Made by a program: the position numbers and the translations under genes
NCBI GenBank assembly: GCA_035552815.1
Contig: DASZKU010000012.1
Span: 1 to 47,701 of the forward strand
DNA: 47,701 nt
Direction of reading: 5' to 3'
Source: Solirubrobacteraceae bacterium
GTDB lineage: Bacteria > Actinomycetota > Thermoleophilia > Solirubrobacterales > Solirubrobacteraceae
Shown here: in pieces, positions 27,966 through 37,641 of the stretch
Position numbering within the stretch: the stretch's first letter is position 1
How the letters are laid out: every line of letters begins with the position of its first letter
Notes under the pieces: model-generated
What the model was told of the DNA's origin: nothing
Database searches by the model: none
The model's input: the letters and a program-made list of their open reading frames with translations, nothing else

Positions 27966-29468
27966 ATGTCACGGATGAGATCGCTACGGGGAAAGCTCCT
28001 GCTCGGGCTCGCGCTCCTGACCACGGCGGGGTGCGTGGTGATCTCGGCCGTCACCTACACCCAGCAGCGCTCGTTCCTCCTCGCCCGCGTGAACCAGCAG
28101 GCGGTGGCGGCCGCCAATCCCGTCTCCTACAACCTCGACGCCAAGGGGATCGACGCCCCCGGCGCGACCGACGGCACGAACTCCGCCGCGGGGCGGCGGG
28201 GCGCCGGGCCCGCCGGGCACGGCCCGCGCTCGGCCTCGGTCGACCTCCCCCCCGGAACCTTCGGTCAGCGGCGCGACGCGCAGGGTCGGGTGATCGGCTC
28301 GGCGACCTTCTCCTACGGGCAGCCGGCCCTGGCGGCGCCCGCCCTCCCGGCACGCCTCCCCCTGACCACCTCGTTCGCGCACCCGAAGCTCATCACCGTC
28401 CATGCCGTGGGCACCTCCGACCTCAGCTACCGCGTGCTCGCGTTTCCCACCGGCGACCAGTCGGGCACGACGATCGTCGCGATTCCCCTGCACGACGTCG
28501 ACCAGGCCCTGGCGCGGCTCCTGCGCGTCGAGCTCCTGGTCAGCGGCGGCGTCCTCCTCGCCCTCCTCACCCTCGCCTGGTGGCTGGTCCGGACCGGCTT
28601 GCGGCCGCTCGACGAGATCGGCGTGACCGCGGGCGCGATCGCTCGGGGTGACCTGTCGCGCCGCGTCGAGCCCGCGAGCGAGGACAGCGAGGTGGGCCGG
28701 CTCGGCCTCGCCCTCAACGCCATGCTCGGCCAGATCGAGCTGGCCTTCGGCGAGCGGGAGGAGAGCGAGGATCGCCTGCGCAACTTCATCGCCGACGCCT
28801 CACACGAGCTCCGCACGCCGCTGGCGTCGATTCGCGGTTACGCCGAGCTCTTCCGCATCGGCGCCGCCCGCGAGCCCGCGGAGATCGAGCAGGCGATGAC
28901 GAGGATCGAGGACGAGGCGGCGCGGATGGGCGCGCTCGTGGACGACCTGATGACGCTGGCCCGGCTCGACAAGCTCCCGCGCACGGCCAAGGAGCCCGTC
29001 TCGGTGTCGGCCCTGGCCGGCGACGGGGCCGCGGACGCCGCCGTCGCCGCCCCCGACCGCGAGATCACCCTCCACGCCGACGGCGCCGGCACGGCGATGG
29101 TGCGCGGAGACCCCGACCGCCTGCGCCAGGTGATCGCCAACCTGATGCGCAACGCCATCGTCCACACCCCGGCGGGCACCCCGATCGAGCTCAACCTCTC
29201 GCGCTCGGGCGACGACGTCGTGATCGAGGTCCGAGACCACGGTGACGGTCTCCCCGCGGGCGCCGAGCTCGCGGTCTGGGATCGCTTCTGGCGCGCCGAG
29301 GGCGGCCGCGAGCGCGGCAAGGCCGGTGCCGGCCTCGGGCTCGCCATCGTCGCCGCCATCGTCGAGGCTCACGGCGGCACGGTGCAGGCGCGCAACGCGC
29401 CGGCCGGAGGCGCCTCGTTCACGGTCAGGCTTCCTGCGCTCGAGGGCGCCCTCGTGCCCAACTATTAG
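27966..29468 (+). CDS. HAMP-domain sensor histidine kinase (OmpR-partner type)
   Basis: Two TM helices, HAMP domain, FIADASHELRTPL H-box, NLMRNA, DHGDG and GAGLGLAIV boxes. Confidence 0.95.
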   Translation: MSRMRSLRGKLLLGLALLTTAGCVVISAVTYTQQRSFLLARVNQQAVAAANPVSYNLDAKGIDAPGATDGTNSAAGRRGAGPAGHGPRSASVDLPPGTFGQRRDAQGRVIGSATFSYGQPALAAPALPARLPLTTSFAHPKLITVHAVGTSDLSYRVLAFPTGDQSGTTIVAIPLHDVDQALARLLRVELLVSGGVLLALLTLAWWLVRTGLRPLDEIGVTAGAIARGDLSRRVEPASEDSEVGRLGLALNAMLGQIELAFGEREESEDRLRNFIADASHELRTPLASIRGYAELFRIGAAREPAEIEQAMTRIEDEAARMGALVDDLMTLARLDKLPRTAKEPVSVSALAGDGAADAAVAAPDREITLHADGAGTAMVRGDPDRLRQVIANLMRNAIVHTPAGTPIELNLSRSGDDVVIEVRDHGDGLPAGAELAVWDRFWRAEGGRERGKAGAGLGLAIVAAIVEAHGGTVQARNAPAGGASFTVRLPALEGALVPNY

Positions 29469-29671
29469 GGATATACCTGCCGGCCGGTGTGGGCGTCGAC
29501 GAGGCGGATGGCCGTCGACGGGCAGGCCTGGGCGGCGGCGAGCGCGAGCTCGCCCGGCCCCATGCCGATCACGTGGGCGACGTCGTCGACGTCGAATATC
29601 TCGGGGGCGAGCTCGACGCAGTCTCCGTGGGCCGAGCAGGCGTGCTCATCGATCTCGATTACGTAACTCAT
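29465..29671 (-). CDS. Ferredoxin, probably [3Fe-4S] (CxxHxxC...CP)
   Basis: CSAHGDCVELAPEIF...ACPSTAI; start overlaps the reductase stop (ATGA). Confidence 0.92.
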   Translation of the reverse strand: MSYVIEIDEHACSAHGDCVELAPEIFDVDDVAHVIGMGPGELALAAAQACPSTAIRLVDAHTGRQVYP

Positions 29672-30834
29672 GATGTCGCTCCATTGACGATCAGTTGCCG
29701 GGCCTGGGGAAGGGCCCGCGGTCTGCCGACGAGAAGGACGGCGACGGGCCGCCCGACGGTCGTGAAGGTGGCGGTGAAGTCGCGGTCGCCGGGCTCGCCG
29801 TCGATGGTCACGGCATCGGCGAGCGGCGCGTGGCCCAGGTGCTGGATACGGATGCCGTACTGGTCGGTCCAGAAGCTCGCGAGGCCGCTGTCGCCGGTGG
29901 CCAGGCCGAGCATGGCGCGCGCCACCCGGGTCCCCTGGCGACCGGCCGCCTCCCAGTGCGAGCCCGCGAGGTGGCGGCCCGCGAGCGCGTCGAAGGTGGC
30001 GGCGGCATCGCCGGCGGCGTAGACGCCCGGGGTCCCGCTGCGCCCGGCGTGGTCGACGCGCACGCCGCCCGTGGCCTCGAGCCCGCTTCCCGCCAGCCAC
30101 GCCGTGTCGGGGGCGACGCCGGCGGCGACGAGGACGTGGTCGGTGGGCACCGACTCGCCGCTCGAGAGCTCGAGGGCGAGGACGCGTCCCGCCGCCGCTC
30201 GCACCCGTTCCACGGTGGCGCCGGTGATGACCTCGACGCCCTCGGAGCGGTGGAGCTCGGCGAACCAGTCGCCGAGCTCCTCGCCGAGTACGCGGACGAG
30301 CGGGGCGGGCGCGGCCTCGATCATCGTCACCTCGGCGCCGAGGGCGCGGGCGCAGGCGGCCACCTCCTGGCCCACGAAGCCGGCGCCGACGATGGCCAGG
30401 CGAGACCGCTCGGCGAGGACGGCGCGCAGGCGCTCGGCGTCCTCGAGGGTGCGCAGCGCCGAGACGTTGTCGAACCCGTCGAGCACGGGCAGCGTCCGGG
30501 TGGTGGCGCCGGTGGCGATGAGGAGCTGGTCGTAGCGCAGCGACGAGCCGTCGGAGAGCCCGATGCGGCGATCGGCGAGCGACAGCGAGGTGGCGGCGGT
30601 GCCGAGGAGGAGGTCGATCGCCTGCTCCTCGTACCAGGCGGGTGCCCGGAAGGCCAGCGCCTCGCGCTCGTGGTCGCCCGCGAGCACCTCCTTGGAGAGC
30701 GGCGGGCGGTCGTAGGGGCGGTGGGGCTCGGCGCAGAGGATCCGGATCTGACCCTCGTAGCCCTGGCGGCGCAGGGTCTCGGCGCAGCGCTGGCCGGCGA
30801 GGCCGCCCCCGGCGATGACGACGCCGTCTCTCAT
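29668..30834 (-). CDS. NAD(P)H:ferredoxin reductase (putidaredoxin-reductase-like)
   Basis: IAGGGLAG, PYDRPPLSK, LIATGA, IVGAGFVGQE, VYAAGD, FWTDQYG motifs; ATGA-coupled to the upstream gene. Confidence 0.93.
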   Translation of the reverse strand: MRDGVVIAGGGLAGQRCAETLRRQGYEGQIRILCAEPHRPYDRPPLSKEVLAGDHEREALAFRAPAWYEEQAIDLLLGTAATSLSLADRRIGLSDGSSLRYDQLLIATGATTRTLPVLDGFDNVSALRTLEDAERLRAVLAERSRLAIVGAGFVGQEVAACARALGAEVTMIEAAPAPLVRVLGEELGDWFAELHRSEGVEVITGATVERVRAAAGRVLALELSSGESVPTDHVLVAAGVAPDTAWLAGSGLEATGGVRVDHAGRSGTPGVYAAGDAAATFDALAGRHLAGSHWEAAGRQGTRVARAMLGLATGDSGLASFWTDQYGIRIQHLGHAPLADAVTIDGEPGDRDFTATFTTVGRPVAVLLVGRPRALPQARQLIVNGATS

Positions 30835-31391
30835 GACCGCACCGGGGACATCGCCGGGCGCGGCGAGCGGCGACCGACGCGCATGAGGAAGAGGACGACC
30901 ACGGGGATGGTGGTGATGGCGAGGAGGGCGAGGAACCACGCGGTGCCGGCGTCCGTCCCCTCCCCGAGCGAGTGGACGAGTCCGCCGAGCCAGGCCAGGA
31001 GGGTGAAGCGGTGGATGATCTTCCACCGCGCCATGCCGATCCGGTTACGGAAGTAGAAGGAGAGGCCGAGGAGGATGAGCCCCCAGCCCGCGATGATTCC
31101 CACCGTCGAGTAGAGCTGCTGGTAGGACATGGCGAAGGGCAGGGTGATGTCGAGGAAGGTCGGGTGCAGGTAGCCGTCGCCGAGGAGGGCGAGCCCGTGG
31201 ACGGCGATGGCGAGCATCGTGCACAGCGCCAGCACCTCGTGGAGGACCCGGCGATCGGCGTTCGAGCCCTTGATGAGCTTGCCGCCCATCATCAGGCCGT
31301 AGCCGACCGACGCGCTCGAGAAGATCAGGGCGGTGGTACCGGCGGCACGACTGGTGATCCAGAAGAGGTGGGTGCTCGGGTCGGTGATCAT
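30831..31391 (-). CDS. Ferric-reductase-like (MsrQ-type) di-heme membrane protein lacking a cytosolic FAD/NAD domain
   Basis: WITSRAAG start, about five TM helices, four spaced His (VLHEVL, AVHGL, IIHRF, LVHSL), R.RIG..RWK.IH motif. Confidence 0.88.
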   Translation of the reverse strand: MITDPSTHLFWITSRAAGTTALIFSSASVGYGLMMGGKLIKGSNADRRVLHEVLALCTMLAIAVHGLALLGDGYLHPTFLDITLPFAMSYQQLYSTVGIIAGWGLILLGLSFYFRNRIGMARWKIIHRFTLLAWLGGLVHSLGEGTDAGTAWFLALLAITTIPVVVLFLMRVGRRSPRPAMSPVRS

Positions 31392-31413
31392 GCGAGAAGG
31401 GTCGGCGCAGCCG

Positions 31414-31453
31414 ATAAGAGCAACGTGTGGGGATCCTGAGCGAAGCCTGGGAG
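31414..31453 (-). promoter_or_regulatory. Putative 11-bp-periodic response-regulator boxes
   Basis: Heptamers ATAAGAG/GTGTGGG/CTGAGCG/CTGGGAG start at 31414, 31425, 31436 and 31447; related to the boxes at 27910/27921. Confidence 0.45.
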
Positions 31454-31469
31454 CCGAGGGCACGCGACA

Positions 31470-32180
31470 ATGGCCGACGTGAGCGAGCCGGGGCAGCCGA
31501 TCCGGGTGCTCGTCGTCGACGACGAGCGCGACATCGTCTTCGTCATCTCCACGGCGCTCAAGCACGCCGGTTTCGAGGTCGACGCCGCCGGCACCGGACG
31601 CGAGGCGCTGGCCAAGATCGCCGACACGCGCCCCGATGTCGTCGTCCTCGACGTCATGCTTCCCGACATGGAGGGCTTCGACGTCGCCCGCAGGGTGGCC
31701 ACCGAAGCGGCCGGGGTGCCGGTCCTCTTCCTCACCGCGCGCGACGCCACCGAAGACAAGGTCCACGGCCTGACCATCGGCGGCGAGGACTACATGACCA
31801 AGCCCTTCAGCCTCGAGGAGCTCATCGCCCGCATCCGCGTCATCCTTCGCCGCGGCGGGGTGGCCGAGGTCGCCCCGAGCCGCATCGCCTTCGCCGACCT
31901 CGCGCTCGACGAGGACACGCGCACGGTGACCAGGGGTGGGCGCCACATCGAGCTCACCGCCACCGAGTACCGGCTCCTGCGCTTCCTCATGCGCAACCCC
32001 GAGCGGGTGATGACGCGCGCCCAGCTCCTCGAGCACGTGTGGAACTACGACTTCGGCGGTGACGGGCGCGTGCTCGAGACCTACATCAGCTACCTGCGCC
32101 GCAAGGTCGACGTCGAAGCTCCGCCCCTCATCCACACGGTGCGGGGCGTCGGCTACTCCCTGCGCCTACCCCACCCGTGA
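31470..32180 (+). CDS. OmpR/PhoB family response regulator
   Basis: VLVVDDE, VLDVMLPD (phospho-Asp), FLTARD, TKPF; wHTH ETYISYLRRK...HTVRGVGY. Confidence 0.96.
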   Translation: MADVSEPGQPIRVLVVDDERDIVFVISTALKHAGFEVDAAGTGREALAKIADTRPDVVVLDVMLPDMEGFDVARRVATEAAGVPVLFLTARDATEDKVHGLTIGGEDYMTKPFSLEELIARIRVILRRGGVAEVAPSRIAFADLALDEDTRTVTRGGRHIELTATEYRLLRFLMRNPERVMTRAQLLEHVWNYDFGGDGRVLETYISYLRRKVDVEAPPLIHTVRGVGYSLRLPHP

Positions 32181-32193
32181 ACGCGCTCAGGGC

Positions 32194-33741
32194 TCAGCGC
32201 CCGGGCAGGTGATAGATCACCATCGTCCCCGAGCTCGAGTGGTCGTTGGCGTTGCCCACCGGGACGACGATGCGCCCGCCGAGGACGATCGGCGAGTTCC
32301 AGTGGCCCGCCCCGGCGGCGAGGGAATACAGGAGCTGGCCCGTGGTGGGCCGATAGACGTGGAGCGCGCCGCCGTCGGGGTCATAGACGTAGAGCAGGCC
32401 GCCGGCGAGGATCGGGCTCGTGCCCGCGGTCGAGTTCTCCCACGCCTTGACCAGGTGCGGCGCGCCCCCGCCGCCGAGAAGGTAAGCGGCGGTGCTCGAA
32501 AAGTCGGCCACGAACAGCCATGTCTGCCCTCCCGAGTGCCACACCGCCGGCGCCGTGAACACCTGGCCGCCGCCGGGGGCCGGGAGCTGCTGGAGCTCGC
32601 CTCCCAGGCGCGGGGAGGCCCCCCCGGTGGTGCCGTCGAGGCGGCCCAGGTCGAGGAGATCGAGGACCCCGGCCTTGCCTCCCTGCACGGCCAGGCTCCT
32701 CCCCCCCACCGTGCCCAGCAAGGCCGGCGAGGTGCTGCCCAGGTCGCTGTCGGTGGCCTGGAGGTGCGCCTCATCGGTCGGCGTCCAGCTGTGGAGCAGG
32801 GTGAGGGCCGGGCTCAGCTCGAGCACGCTGTCGCCCCAGTTCGTCGATCCGTTGAAATCACCGTTGCCGGTGGCGACGAGGATCCGCCGGCTGCCGGGCT
32901 CGACGACGGCCCCTGCCCGTCCCCACATGGCATTGTCGCCGGTGACCGTCGCCGAGGGGCAGGTGTCGGCCGCGATCAGGCGATGGCGATCTGAGCACAG
33001 CGAGTTCCACAGGTGGGTGATCCGGCCGCTCCCGCGGTCGATGAGGGCCACGTGCCCGTCGTAGGGCGGGGCATCGCCGTAGTAGCCGCCGGTGACGACG
33101 ATCACGTTGGGCCCACTGAGGTTGAGCGCCGAGGCGATCTTCTCGTGCCGGGGGTCGAAGGTCACCCGCACGGGCCAGTGGCCGGAGCGGATCTGGTGGC
33201 CGGTGGCCAGGGAGAGCTTATGGATGAGGCCGTCGGGACTGGCGGCGTAGACGTAGCGCCGGTCGGGGTCGGCGATCGGCGTCGCGGTGGTGATCTCCGC
33301 CGACCCCTGATATGAGCCCAGGTCGGCGGGGGTGAACTGCCACAGCGTCCGCCCCGTGGCGGCGTCGACGGCGAGCGTGCGCCCGTAGGTGGTGGTGACG
33401 ACGATCACGTCGCGGGCGCGCCCGGCCACCGCCACGCCCTGGAGCTCGATCGGCGAGGAGTCGACGGTGCCGGGAAGGTGGACGACGCGCGCCCGCAGGC
33501 TCCCGAGGTTCGCGGCGGTGATTCCCGTGCTCGCGGGGCCGGAGTCGCTGCGCTGGGCGTCGTAGCCGAACTCGGTCCAGTCCCCACCGGGCGCGGCAGC
33601 GGCAGCGGCGGCGGCGGTCGGCGTCGTCGTCGTCGCCGGAGCGGCGGTGGAGTGGCTCTTCGCGTGCTGGGCGCCGCACCCGGCGAGGGCGACCGCGCAT
33701 GCGCAGGCGAGCGCGGTCCGGCGTACCGACCGGCTCCTCAC
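32194..33741 (-). CDS. PQQ-binding-like beta-propeller lipoprotein
   Basis: Lipobox ALAGC; DW..FGYDAQRS, AVDAATGRTLW, ATGNG, DSDLGSTSPAL, SPILAGG propeller motifs. GTGA-coupled to the upstream gene. Confidence 0.85.
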   Translation of the reverse strand: MRSRSVRRTALACACAVALAGCGAQHAKSHSTAAPATTTTPTAAAAAAAAPGGDWTEFGYDAQRSDSGPASTGITAANLGSLRARVVHLPGTVDSSPIELQGVAVAGRARDVIVVTTTYGRTLAVDAATGRTLWQFTPADLGSYQGSAEITTATPIADPDRRYVYAASPDGLIHKLSLATGHQIRSGHWPVRVTFDPRHEKIASALNLSGPNVIVVTGGYYGDAPPYDGHVALIDRGSGRITHLWNSLCSDRHRLIAADTCPSATVTGDNAMWGRAGAVVEPGSRRILVATGNGDFNGSTNWGDSVLELSPALTLLHSWTPTDEAHLQATDSDLGSTSPALLGTVGGRSLAVQGGKAGVLDLLDLGRLDGTTGGASPRLGGELQQLPAPGGGQVFTAPAVWHSGGQTWLFVADFSSTAAYLLGGGGAPHLVKAWENSTAGTSPILAGGLLYVYDPDGGALHVYRPTTGQLLYSLAAGAGHWNSPIVLGGRIVVPVGNANDHSSSGTMVIYHLPGR

Positions 33742-34346
33742 GGCTGTGGTGCCAGCAGTGTATTCAGGGTCTGACCGAGGCCCTGGAGCGCTCCGGTGCC
33801 GATGGCGGCCAGGGGAGCGGGGAGCTTGCTCGTCACCGACACGCCGAGGGCGACGACCGAGTTGACGAGCGCGGGGACCGGTCCCGGGGCCGGACTCGGA
33901 GCCGGGGTGCTCACGGGCGGGGCGGGCGGCGGCGGCGTCGGCGGGGCGGGGAGGGGTGGCGTCGCGCCGTGGCCGCCGCCGGCGCCCACGCGCTGACCGG
34001 TGCCGCCGGCGCCGGCGTGCGAGCGGCGACCGGTTCCGCCGCCGGTGCCGCTCCCGCGCGGGGTCGCCGCCGCCCCCGGGGTCGGCGTGGCGCTCGCGGT
34101 AGCCGCCGGGCTCGCGGGCACCACGGGCAGGAGCTTGGGTGCCACCCCGGCGACGATGCGGGCGCCGGGCGCCCCTGAGCCCGCGGGAACGGCGGGCCCG
34201 GAGACGAGCTGGCCGAGGGCGCCGAGGCCGCCGAACCCCCCGGTCAGGGCGAGCACGGCGAGGGCGGCGATCACGGTCACGGGCGCCAGCAGCGCCACGC
34301 CCCAGGCTCCGTACAACTGCCTCGTCCAAACCCGCGCAAGGGTCAC
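33738..34346 (-). CDS. Membrane-anchored Pro/Gly/Ala-rich hypothetical protein
   Basis: N-terminal TM segment, low-complexity linker, amphipathic C-terminus; TACCAT -10 box 6 nt before GTG. Confidence 0.72.
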   Translation of the reverse strand: MTLARVWTRQLYGAWGVALLAPVTVIAALAVLALTGGFGGLGALGQLVSGPAVPAGSGAPGARIVAGVAPKLLPVVPASPAATASATPTPGAAATPRGSGTGGGTGRRSHAGAGGTGQRVGAGGGHGATPPLPAPPTPPPPAPPVSTPAPSPAPGPVPALVNSVVALGVSVTSKLPAPLAAIGTGALQGLGQTLNTLLAPQP

Positions 34347-34412
34347 GACTGCATGGTAACCCGTCGGCGCTCCGGTTTTTCGCGTACCGGCGGCGGTACG
34401 CTCGCGCCTGTG

Positions 34413-36872
34413 ATGCAGCGCCTGTCGATCGCCCGCTCGCTCCGGCTTACGCTGATCGCGTTGACGCTGGCCCTCGCCGTGCTCGCGGCGGTCGGCGTGG
34501 CCAGCCTCTACCGCGCGCGCCAGAACTACGAGAACAGGCTGGCGAGCAGCTCGGCGCTCGCCACCGCCGGCGCCAACCTCCTCGCCGCCGGAGCCGTCGA
34601 GGAGGAGGCGCTGCGCGCACCCCCGGGCGCCGCCGGCGACACCGCCCGGCGCATCGCCGCGGCCGACTACCAGTTTGCCGGCCGGCAAGCCGCGCACCTG
34701 GCCGCCTCGGACCCGGTGAGCGCGCGCCTCGTCGCCGCGCAGGTCGGGGCCGAGAGCCAGGCCCGGGCGCTGGCCGCCCGCGGCGGTCTGGCGACGGCGG
34801 CGGCCGCCAACGGACCCCTCCAGAGCGCCCATCTGCTGGCGACGAAGCTGCAGACCCGTCAGCAGGCGCGCCAGCAGAGCGCGCGCTCCGCCGCCCGCTC
34901 GGCCTCGCGCCGTGACGTCCTCCTCGTCGCCATCGCCGCAGTCCTCGCCTTGATCGGCGCGATCGGCGTCATCACCCTCCTCGTGGGCTCGATGCGCGGT
35001 CCCCTCGACGCCCTCGTCACCGCCACCCGCAGGCTCGCCGCCGGCGACCTCGGCGAGCCCGTCGTCCCCGCCGGGCCCCGGGAGTTGCGCGACCTCGGCG
35101 CCGCCTTCAACGCCATGAGCGCGGACCTCGCCACCGCCCAGCACCGACTCGAGGACGAGCGCCAGCGACTGGCGGCGACGATCGAGAGCCTCGGCGACGC
35201 GCTCATCGTCACCGAGTCCGATGCGCGCACCATCGCCGCCGTCAACCCGCGGGTGGGCGAGCTCCTCCCTGGGCTCATCCCCGGGGGCCGGGTCGACGCC
35301 GAGCCCAGCCCCCTGCCGGCGCTGGCCACCGCGCTGGCGGGCGAGACCACGGTGGAGCATGAGGGGCGCACGCTCGCCGTCACCGCCGCGACGCTGGCCG
35401 AGGACAGCCACGCGGTGGTGTGGACGGTCCGCGACATGAGCGAGCGCGCCCGCCTGGAACGCGCCAAGAGCGAGTTCGTGGCCACCGCCTCCCACGAGCT
35501 GCGCAGCCCCCTCACCTCGATCAAGGGGTTCGTCGAGCTGCTCGCGGGGTCCGAGGGGCTATCCGAGCGCCAGCGAGAGTTCGTCGACATCATCCTGCGC
35601 TCGACCGACCGCCTCGTCGACCTCGTCAACGACCTCCTCGACGTGGCCCGCATCGAGGCCGACCGCGTCGAGCTCAATCGCCGGCCGATCGACGTCGGGG
35701 ACGCGGTGCGCGAGGTCGCCGAGCTCATGGGCCCGCGGATCGCCGACAAGCGACAGCGACTCGACGTCCACGTCACCCCGATGCTGCCGGCCGCCCTCGC
35801 CGACGCCAGCCGCGTGCGCCAGATCGTCGCCAACCTACTCACCAACGCCCACCTGTACAGCGGCGACGGCGGCGCCATCGACGCCAGCGTCCACGCCAAC
35901 CACTCCTGGGTGGAGATCGTCGTCACCGACAACGGCCCGGGCATGAGTCGCGAAGAGGTGGGGCGCGTGTTCGAGCGCTTCTACCGCGGGCAGGACGACG
36001 GCAGCCGGGCCCCGGGAACGGGGCTCGGGCTCTCGATCGTCAAGTCGCTGGTCGACCTCCAGGACGGAGAGGTCGACATCGACAGCGAACCGGGCAGGGG
36101 CACGACCTTTCGCGTCCGCCTCCCCTGCGCCGCGGGGGACTCCGACGTGACGCGCTCGATCGCCGCCATGCGCGGCCGGCGCGTGCTCGTGGTCGACGAC
36201 GAGCGTGACATCGCCGACCTCATCGCCGGCCAGCTTGCGGCGCTCGACGTCCGCACCGAGATCGTCACCGGCGGCGAGGCGGCGCTGGCGCGGCTGCGCG
36301 CCGAGCACTTCGATGCCGTCACCCTCGACATCCTCATGCCGGGGATGGACGGCTTCGACGTCCTGCGCGAGGTCCGCGCCGACCCGCGCCTGCGCCATAC
36401 CCCGATCGTCTTCGTCTCCGTCTTCTCCGGGCGTCGCGAGCTCGCCGGGGAGTTCGTCGTCGGCAAGCCGATCGACGCCGACGAGCTCCGCGAGGTCCTG
36501 GGCGCCGCCGTCCTCGCCGGCCGCTCGCGCGTGCTCGTGGTCGGGCGCGAGGAGATGCGCCAAGCCCTCGAGCCGGCGATCCGCGAGCTGGGAATCGAGC
36601 ACGACTGGGAGACGAGCGGGCCGGCGGCGGCGCGGGTGTGCAGCGAGCGCCGCTTCGAGGTGGCGCTCGTCGATGCGGGGATCCGCAGCCCCCAGGCCGT
36701 GCTCCAGGCGCTCGACCTCCGCGGCCGGCGGGTGCGCCAGGCGGTGATCCTCTTCTCCGACAGCGTGGCCACGGCGCCCGAGGGCATCGAGCGCCTCGGG
36801 CTCGAGGTCGTTCCCGTCGAGCAGGCGGCGGGCGCCCTGCTCGCCGCGCTTCGCGGTGGGCCCAATAGCTAG
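34413..36872 (+). CDS. Hybrid sensor histidine kinase (TM-HAMP-PAS-like-HisKA-HATPase-REC-pseudoREC)
   Basis: ATASHELRSPL H-box, NLLTNA, DNGPG, GTGLGLSIV; receiver VLVVDDE...TLDILMPGMDG; a second degenerate receiver-like domain follows. Confidence 0.93.
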   Translation: MQRLSIARSLRLTLIALTLALAVLAAVGVASLYRARQNYENRLASSSALATAGANLLAAGAVEEEALRAPPGAAGDTARRIAAADYQFAGRQAAHLAASDPVSARLVAAQVGAESQARALAARGGLATAAAANGPLQSAHLLATKLQTRQQARQQSARSAARSASRRDVLLVAIAAVLALIGAIGVITLLVGSMRGPLDALVTATRRLAAGDLGEPVVPAGPRELRDLGAAFNAMSADLATAQHRLEDERQRLAATIESLGDALIVTESDARTIAAVNPRVGELLPGLIPGGRVDAEPSPLPALATALAGETTVEHEGRTLAVTAATLAEDSHAVVWTVRDMSERARLERAKSEFVATASHELRSPLTSIKGFVELLAGSEGLSERQREFVDIILRSTDRLVDLVNDLLDVARIEADRVELNRRPIDVGDAVREVAELMGPRIADKRQRLDVHVTPMLPAALADASRVRQIVANLLTNAHLYSGDGGAIDASVHANHSWVEIVVTDNGPGMSREEVGRVFERFYRGQDDGSRAPGTGLGLSIVKSLVDLQDGEVDIDSEPGRGTTFRVRLPCAAGDSDVTRSIAAMRGRRVLVVDDERDIADLIAGQLAALDVRTEIVTGGEAALARLRAEHFDAVTLDILMPGMDGFDVLREVRADPRLRHTPIVFVSVFSGRRELAGEFVVGKPIDADELREVLGAAVLAGRSRVLVVGREEMRQALEPAIRELGIEHDWETSGPAAARVCSERRFEVALVDAGIRSPQAVLQALDLRGRRVRQAVILFSDSVATAPEGIERLGLEVVPVEQAAGALLAALRGGPNS

Positions 36873-36888
36873 CTACGCTTCCGGGGGG

Positions 36889-37641
36889 ATGGCAGTGACA
36901 ACCGAGACGGAGCTGCGCGAGGAGATCGGGCGTCTGCGCGCGGAGCTCGCGCGCCAGGAGCAGGAGTCGGCGGACAAGGAGCGCCAGCTCGAGCGCTATG
37001 CGGCCGACCTGCGCGAGACCTTCAAGGAGGAACGCTCCCGCTCCCAGGAGCTCCGCAGCTCGTACATGGCGACGGTGCGCGCGCTCTCCAACGCCGTCGA
37101 GGCGCGCGACGCCTATACGGGCAAGCACGCCGAGCGGGTGACCGCCTACGGGCTCGAGATCTGCCGCGCCGTCGGCCTCGATCTCGCCGACGGACACGCG
37201 CTCGAGTTCGGCTTCCTTCTCCACGACATCGGCAAGGTCGCGATCCCCGATGCCATTCTCTACAAGCCCGGCAAGCTCACCGACAAGGAGCGCGCCCTGA
37301 TGGCCCAGCATCCGGTCATCGGGGCGGAGATTGTCCGCGAGATCAGCTTCCTCGGCGAGGCCACCAAGGTCGTGCGCTTCCACCACGAGCGCTGGGACGG
37401 CAGCGGCTATCCCGATGGCCTGGCGGGCGAGGAGATCCCGCTCGCCGCGCGCGTGTTCGCCATCGCCGACGTGCTCGATGCGCTCACCACCGACCGCCCC
37501 TACCGGCCCGCCTCGACCCTGGTCCTCGCACGCGAGATGATCGTCGAGGTCTCCGGGAGCCACTTCGATCCCGAGGTCGTCGAGGCGTTCATCGAGATCC
37601 CCGACGAGGCGTTCGAGCGCATCGCGCGGGAGATCAAATGA
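36889..37641 (+). CDS. HD-GYP domain cyclic-dinucleotide phosphodiesterase with N-terminal coiled coil
   Basis: ARDAYTGKHAERV, LHDIGK, HHERWDGSGYPDGL, IADVLDALTTDRPY motifs. Confidence 0.95.
   Translation: MAVTTETELREEIGRLRAELARQEQESADKERQLERYAADLRETFKEERSRSQELRSSYMATVRALSNAVEARDAYTGKHAERVTAYGLEICRAVGLDLADGHALEFGFLLHDIGKVAIPDAILYKPGKLTDKERALMAQHPVIGAEIVREISFLGEATKVVRFHHERWDGSGYPDGLAGEEIPLAARVFAIADVLDALTTDRPYRPASTLVLAREMIVEVSGSHFDPEVVEAFIEIPDEAFERIAREIK

Noticed and set aside
29465-30834. Ferredoxin and reductase as part of a cytochrome P450 or Rieske dioxygenase cluster
   Set aside because: No P450 or Rieske oxygenase gene is in the window; both genes are translationally coupled to the membrane cytochrome b gene instead.
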